Shown here piece after piece: positions 60,250 through 64,000 of a stretch of DNA of 64,000 bases. The notes below the pieces were generated by a model. The model did not search any database and was not told the origin of the DNA. It saw nothing but the letters and a program-made list of their open reading frames with translations. The stretch's first letter is position 1. Each line of letters opens with the position of its first letter. The stretch spans positions 185,132,001 to 185,196,000 of the forward strand of contig OZ038378.1 of assembly GCA_964036045.1 (NCBI GenBank). The letters run 5' to 3'. This stretch comes from Eutreptiella sp. 'Long Island Sound 2002'. Taxonomy: Eukaryota; Protista; Euglenida. The position numbers and the translations under genes are program-made.

Positions 60250-63200
60250 TACACATGAAAGAGTGCTTGCAGGGCTTGGAACATGGATTTACAAGGGGGG
60301 CAGAAATACCCAAAACTGCAAACAGCCATATGTTGCTGGTTTTTTCCCTTTTTGGGGGGGGGCGGGTGTTGGAAACCAGCCTGCCTTTGCACTGTGGAAA
60401 AGCTACTGCTGGTTGCTGCTGACTGTTAGGTTAGGTACTGTTGGACGGTGGCCTTCATTGCGGGGAATGAAGCAACGGATACTGAGCTGCCGAATGCCCG
60501 TGACACAGGGAATTCGGTCGTTGGGTTAAACCATGCCTTGATTGGGGAGGGGGCAGGGGGAGGGAGGGATTGCTGATCACATGTAGCATGTAATGTGTAT
60601 CGCACGGGCGTCGTTGTTCCCACTTTTTATACTTCGGTACAGGTCAGGCGGTGCCCTGCAAGCTCTCAAGAGATCAAGCTGCAGGTATGGTACCCAGACA
60701 TAATTGCTGCGTGGAAAAATGTTCCCAGAGGCAGTGGGGAGGTGTGTCGCTTGACCTGTTGTGTCTGAAACGATCAGTTGTAATGGGGAATGCCAGGTCG
60801 TAGACATTCAACGCAACAGGGAACTGTCAAGTCCAAAAGGCGTCCCAAAGTTGCATCAATTGAACAGGCAGAGGCTGAAATAACAGTAGCAGGCGCCGGT
60901 TCTTTTCTCTGGGACCGGCAGCGACGCTTGAACAACAGCAAATTTGTAGGGAACTTGTGCTGAGATGGAAACCATGGTCCAGAGGGAGCAATTTCACGGG
61001 AATCACTCACCAGCATCATCCAGTTTAAAGGCAAAAGGGAAAGCCCCCACAATTGCCACCCCTCAAAATGGCCCAAGCTGAAGACTAAATGTTTTGGGAG
61101 CATTGCTTGGACGTCGCGGAGTTTGAGGCTGAATTGACAGCTTCATTGACATAGGCATAGACATCGGCAAAGTACGCCGATTTGGTTGCCAGCCGTCCGC
61201 AGCTGTTGTCGGTTGCAGGCTGTCCCCAATCAAACAGCAGAGAGAAAAATGCTGGGATCAGGCTAATGCGTACTGACCCGGAGGGGTGGAGGGTTTGGGA
61301 CTCTGGCCAGCCCCAGCTGACCCATCCACCTGCTACCCACATCAGAAAATTTTTCCCCGGGGGAAACAAGGAATTTATCAAAGGGGGTGAGAAGTTGGAG
61401 GCCAATTGAAGATACAGACACTTTTTTTGGCCTCTGACCCCACCCCCCGGGGGAGGGTCGAAGGGCCACGAGGCAATAGCCTGGCTGCGATTAGAACACA
61501 CACACAACCGCGACGATGCAAATGTGGTTTCGGGATGTGCTGAGAAAGGTGGTGGGAAGTCGGTCTCTCGCTGCACACTCCACGCAGAGCACGCGGACAA
61601 CAGTGACCTGAGATATGGTCAGAAAGGCTGCAGCACCAGGCGAGTGAAGGACACCTAGTGCCTGAAGTCCATTTCAGCGCTGCACGTGGGCTGTAGTCCA
61701 GCAATCTGCCCAACATGACATGCGTTGTGGCCAGGCCCCAGTCGCAAGACAAATGACGGCAACACACCAGGGTGCTCCCAAAGTCAAAAAAGGGGGGGGG
61801 GCAGACGGGGGGCGGTCATACACTCAATCATACTTGGGCAGTTGCCGACGGCGATTGGACGGTCACCGCGAAGAGAAGTGCACCCACAACAAAAAAAGAG
61901 ACAGCCCTGGGCGCCTCGCGGACACACACACACACGCCTACGCACACGGCGTGAGACACAACGGACAGCAGCAACACCAGAAGCAGATGTCATGAAAGTT
62001 CTTGTCCGGCCTTAACCACATGGGGCATGCAATGGCCCCAACTAGGCGCCTGTCGAAGGAAAAGAACACGCATGCACACACGCACGCCGGCACGCACCCA
62101 TGCCTCTCATGTCGCGTCGGGCGCCGCACAAGTCAAAGCCGCTCAACCCCTTTCCTTCTGCGCACACTCTCAAGCCACAGGGCGACAAAAGGCATTTTTG
62201 CTGCCTTTCAAGGCCTGGGCCCCCAAGAGCGCTAGGCCTTTGTTCAGGAGGCGGCAGGATGCAGCACGCAGGCATTGCTGTCTTCACACTGCCTACACGC
62301 TGCTTTGAAGGTTGTAGTATATCTCTGCCCTTTGGTGGGAGATACAAGTCCAGGTCAGGGACATCCTTTTGAAGGAATCCCTCGGGGGACAGGACCCCGG
62401 TGGTTGTATACCACTCCAGGATAGGGTACGGCAGGGGAGTAGCATGCGCCACTTTTCAGTCACAGCTGTGCTCCGTGGCCACGGGATGCTTCTTGGAGGG
62501 TAATGCGGGGCATTTTGGAGCCGAGGATGGTGCGGCCAAGCCCCAAGTAATACAGCTCAGAGAGAATAATGAAGAACACTACACAGTCAACTACCACAGA
62601 GATGGGGGAAATGTCCGGAGAAAGTTATAGCTCCACAAATTGTGTCGGTACTAATTCCTTCCCAATCCATAAAAATGCTTATTCGGTTATGCCCATGTCC
62701 TGAAAAATGCTACGATAATAGACGTCGGCAAATGCTCGTTTCTTGCGTTTGGTTGCAGTTTCAACTCTGTCTGAATGGCATCAGACGAGACCGAAGTTCG
62801 CGGAACAAGGAAGTGGTCCAATACAACAGTGGGACAGAGCTGCTGCGCTGGTGGAATGCAGTGTGCAGGATGCATTGCGCATGCATGTCAGCACGCTGCG
62901 GGGGCTTGGCTCGATGCAACTGTCACGGTGCCGCTTTGTTCAACCATCCTGTTTGCCGAAAAATATATGCACCAGGGCGGAAAGAATGCGTCAGGGCCGT
63001 TCGGTTAGAATTTATATAACAGAGTATCGATAGGAGCCATCTCTCCCCTCACCGGCACTGAGACACAGGGGGGATACTGAGCGCCAACCAAATATCAATG
63101 GTGGTCAGATGAGTAGTAACAGGTCCGCCAGGTGACAAGCGGTGTGGTTCAGCAAACATTGAAGCATTTTTCTCTGAAAATCTGAAACAATTGCATCCCT

Positions 63201-64000
63201 CCTGGATCTTGGACAATCCGCAACTGAACGGACCAGGAAATCGGAAAATTCCAGGGGGTTCTTTGACTGCAAAATCCAAGGCCATACATCATGAGACCCT
63301 GCTTGGCTTGGCGCTGTGCCGGCGAAGTACGACCAACGTAGCTGAATTTAGGAAACTCTGCCTTGGCGAATGCAACATCAGACTCGTTGAGCGTGTTGAC
63401 TCTGTCCCATTGTGGCACTTCATCCTGATGCACAGAAATATGAAACTTATTCGATCTGTCCGAGGTCAGGGTTTTGGGAGAGGGTTTCCCATCCGGTCCC
63501 TCGGTCTGCTTCATTCTCTTTGCAGTCTTATGGGTTATCTCATTGATGCACACCCATGGATGGAGGGGTGGCGAGATGCCCCCTGTCGAAATGTGCGCCG
63601 CCGTGGGGGGATTGCCCCTTCCAAGAGTGAACACACAGGTTCGCTTTCGCTTGTTGATTTCTTTGTGGCAGCAAAGACAAGACAGAAGCCCCAGAGACGA
63701 CGGGCCCCAAAAACCCATCCCTGCCCCTCCTACCTCCCCGTCCACCTCTTCGACACACAGACAAGACCTCCCGCTTGGGGCTGCGTGTGCAGAGAGTATC
63801 GTACTGTGATGGTATGAGTCATCCGTCGGTTGACGAGGCAGTCGGCCAAGTCCGGTACGTTTCTGCCCTGGAAGGCGTCCCCCACCTCCCAGGCCCGGCA
63901 TTAACCTCAGGTACGGCAAGTCATGCTTTCAGGACGTGTGTTGTTTGCCTTTTACACTGAGGCCAGGGCCCACGGTAGGAGGCTTTCCGGGTGTTCAAGG

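Noticed and set aside
61560-63500. Fragments resembling a LINE endonuclease (RLLDY…SDH) and other TE proteins
   Set aside because: The motifs are too short and interrupted to assign without a search.
1-64000. tRNA, rRNA or spliced-leader RNA genes
   Set aside because: No cloverleaf/T-loop, rRNA signature or Euglena-type SL sequence was recognised by eye. A covariance-model scan would be needed to exclude them.

Overview
This is eukaryotic, repeat-dense genomic DNA with GT-AG introns. It is most likely euglenozoan (euglenid-like); that is inferred from a trypanosome-type receptor adenylate cyclase and from splice acceptors just before start codons. Three host genes can be built by hand, all on the minus strand. 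(1) A receptor-type cyclase-like protein of at least 8 exons (25839->10875): periplasmic-binding-protein-like ectodomain, Cys-rich stalk, one TM helix and a class III cyclase domain with all four catalytic residues substituted. One exon carries a 1-nt frameshift. (2) An intronless LRR plus RimK-type ATP-grasp ligase fusion (32879->31392). (3) A 3-exon, about 899-aa secreted protein with an unknown N-terminal region, two bacterial-type SdrD-B domains, a Ser/Pro linker and a Cys-rich tail (52577->47274). The rest is a transposon graveyard: a 2.8-copy 1.87-kb tandem array with decayed exons, TA-flanked poly-C/G-ended elements carrying pogo-like remnants, two PIF/Harbinger-like transposase remnants with a C-terminal Zn finger, an RNase H remnant, MITEs, 31/32/46/53/62-bp minisatellites and a 1.5-kb (CACAA)n. 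No rRNA, tRNA or CRISPR array was recognised. Several 1-nt deletions at doubled bases may be assembly errors. All family assignments come from motif recognition by eye; no database searches were run.
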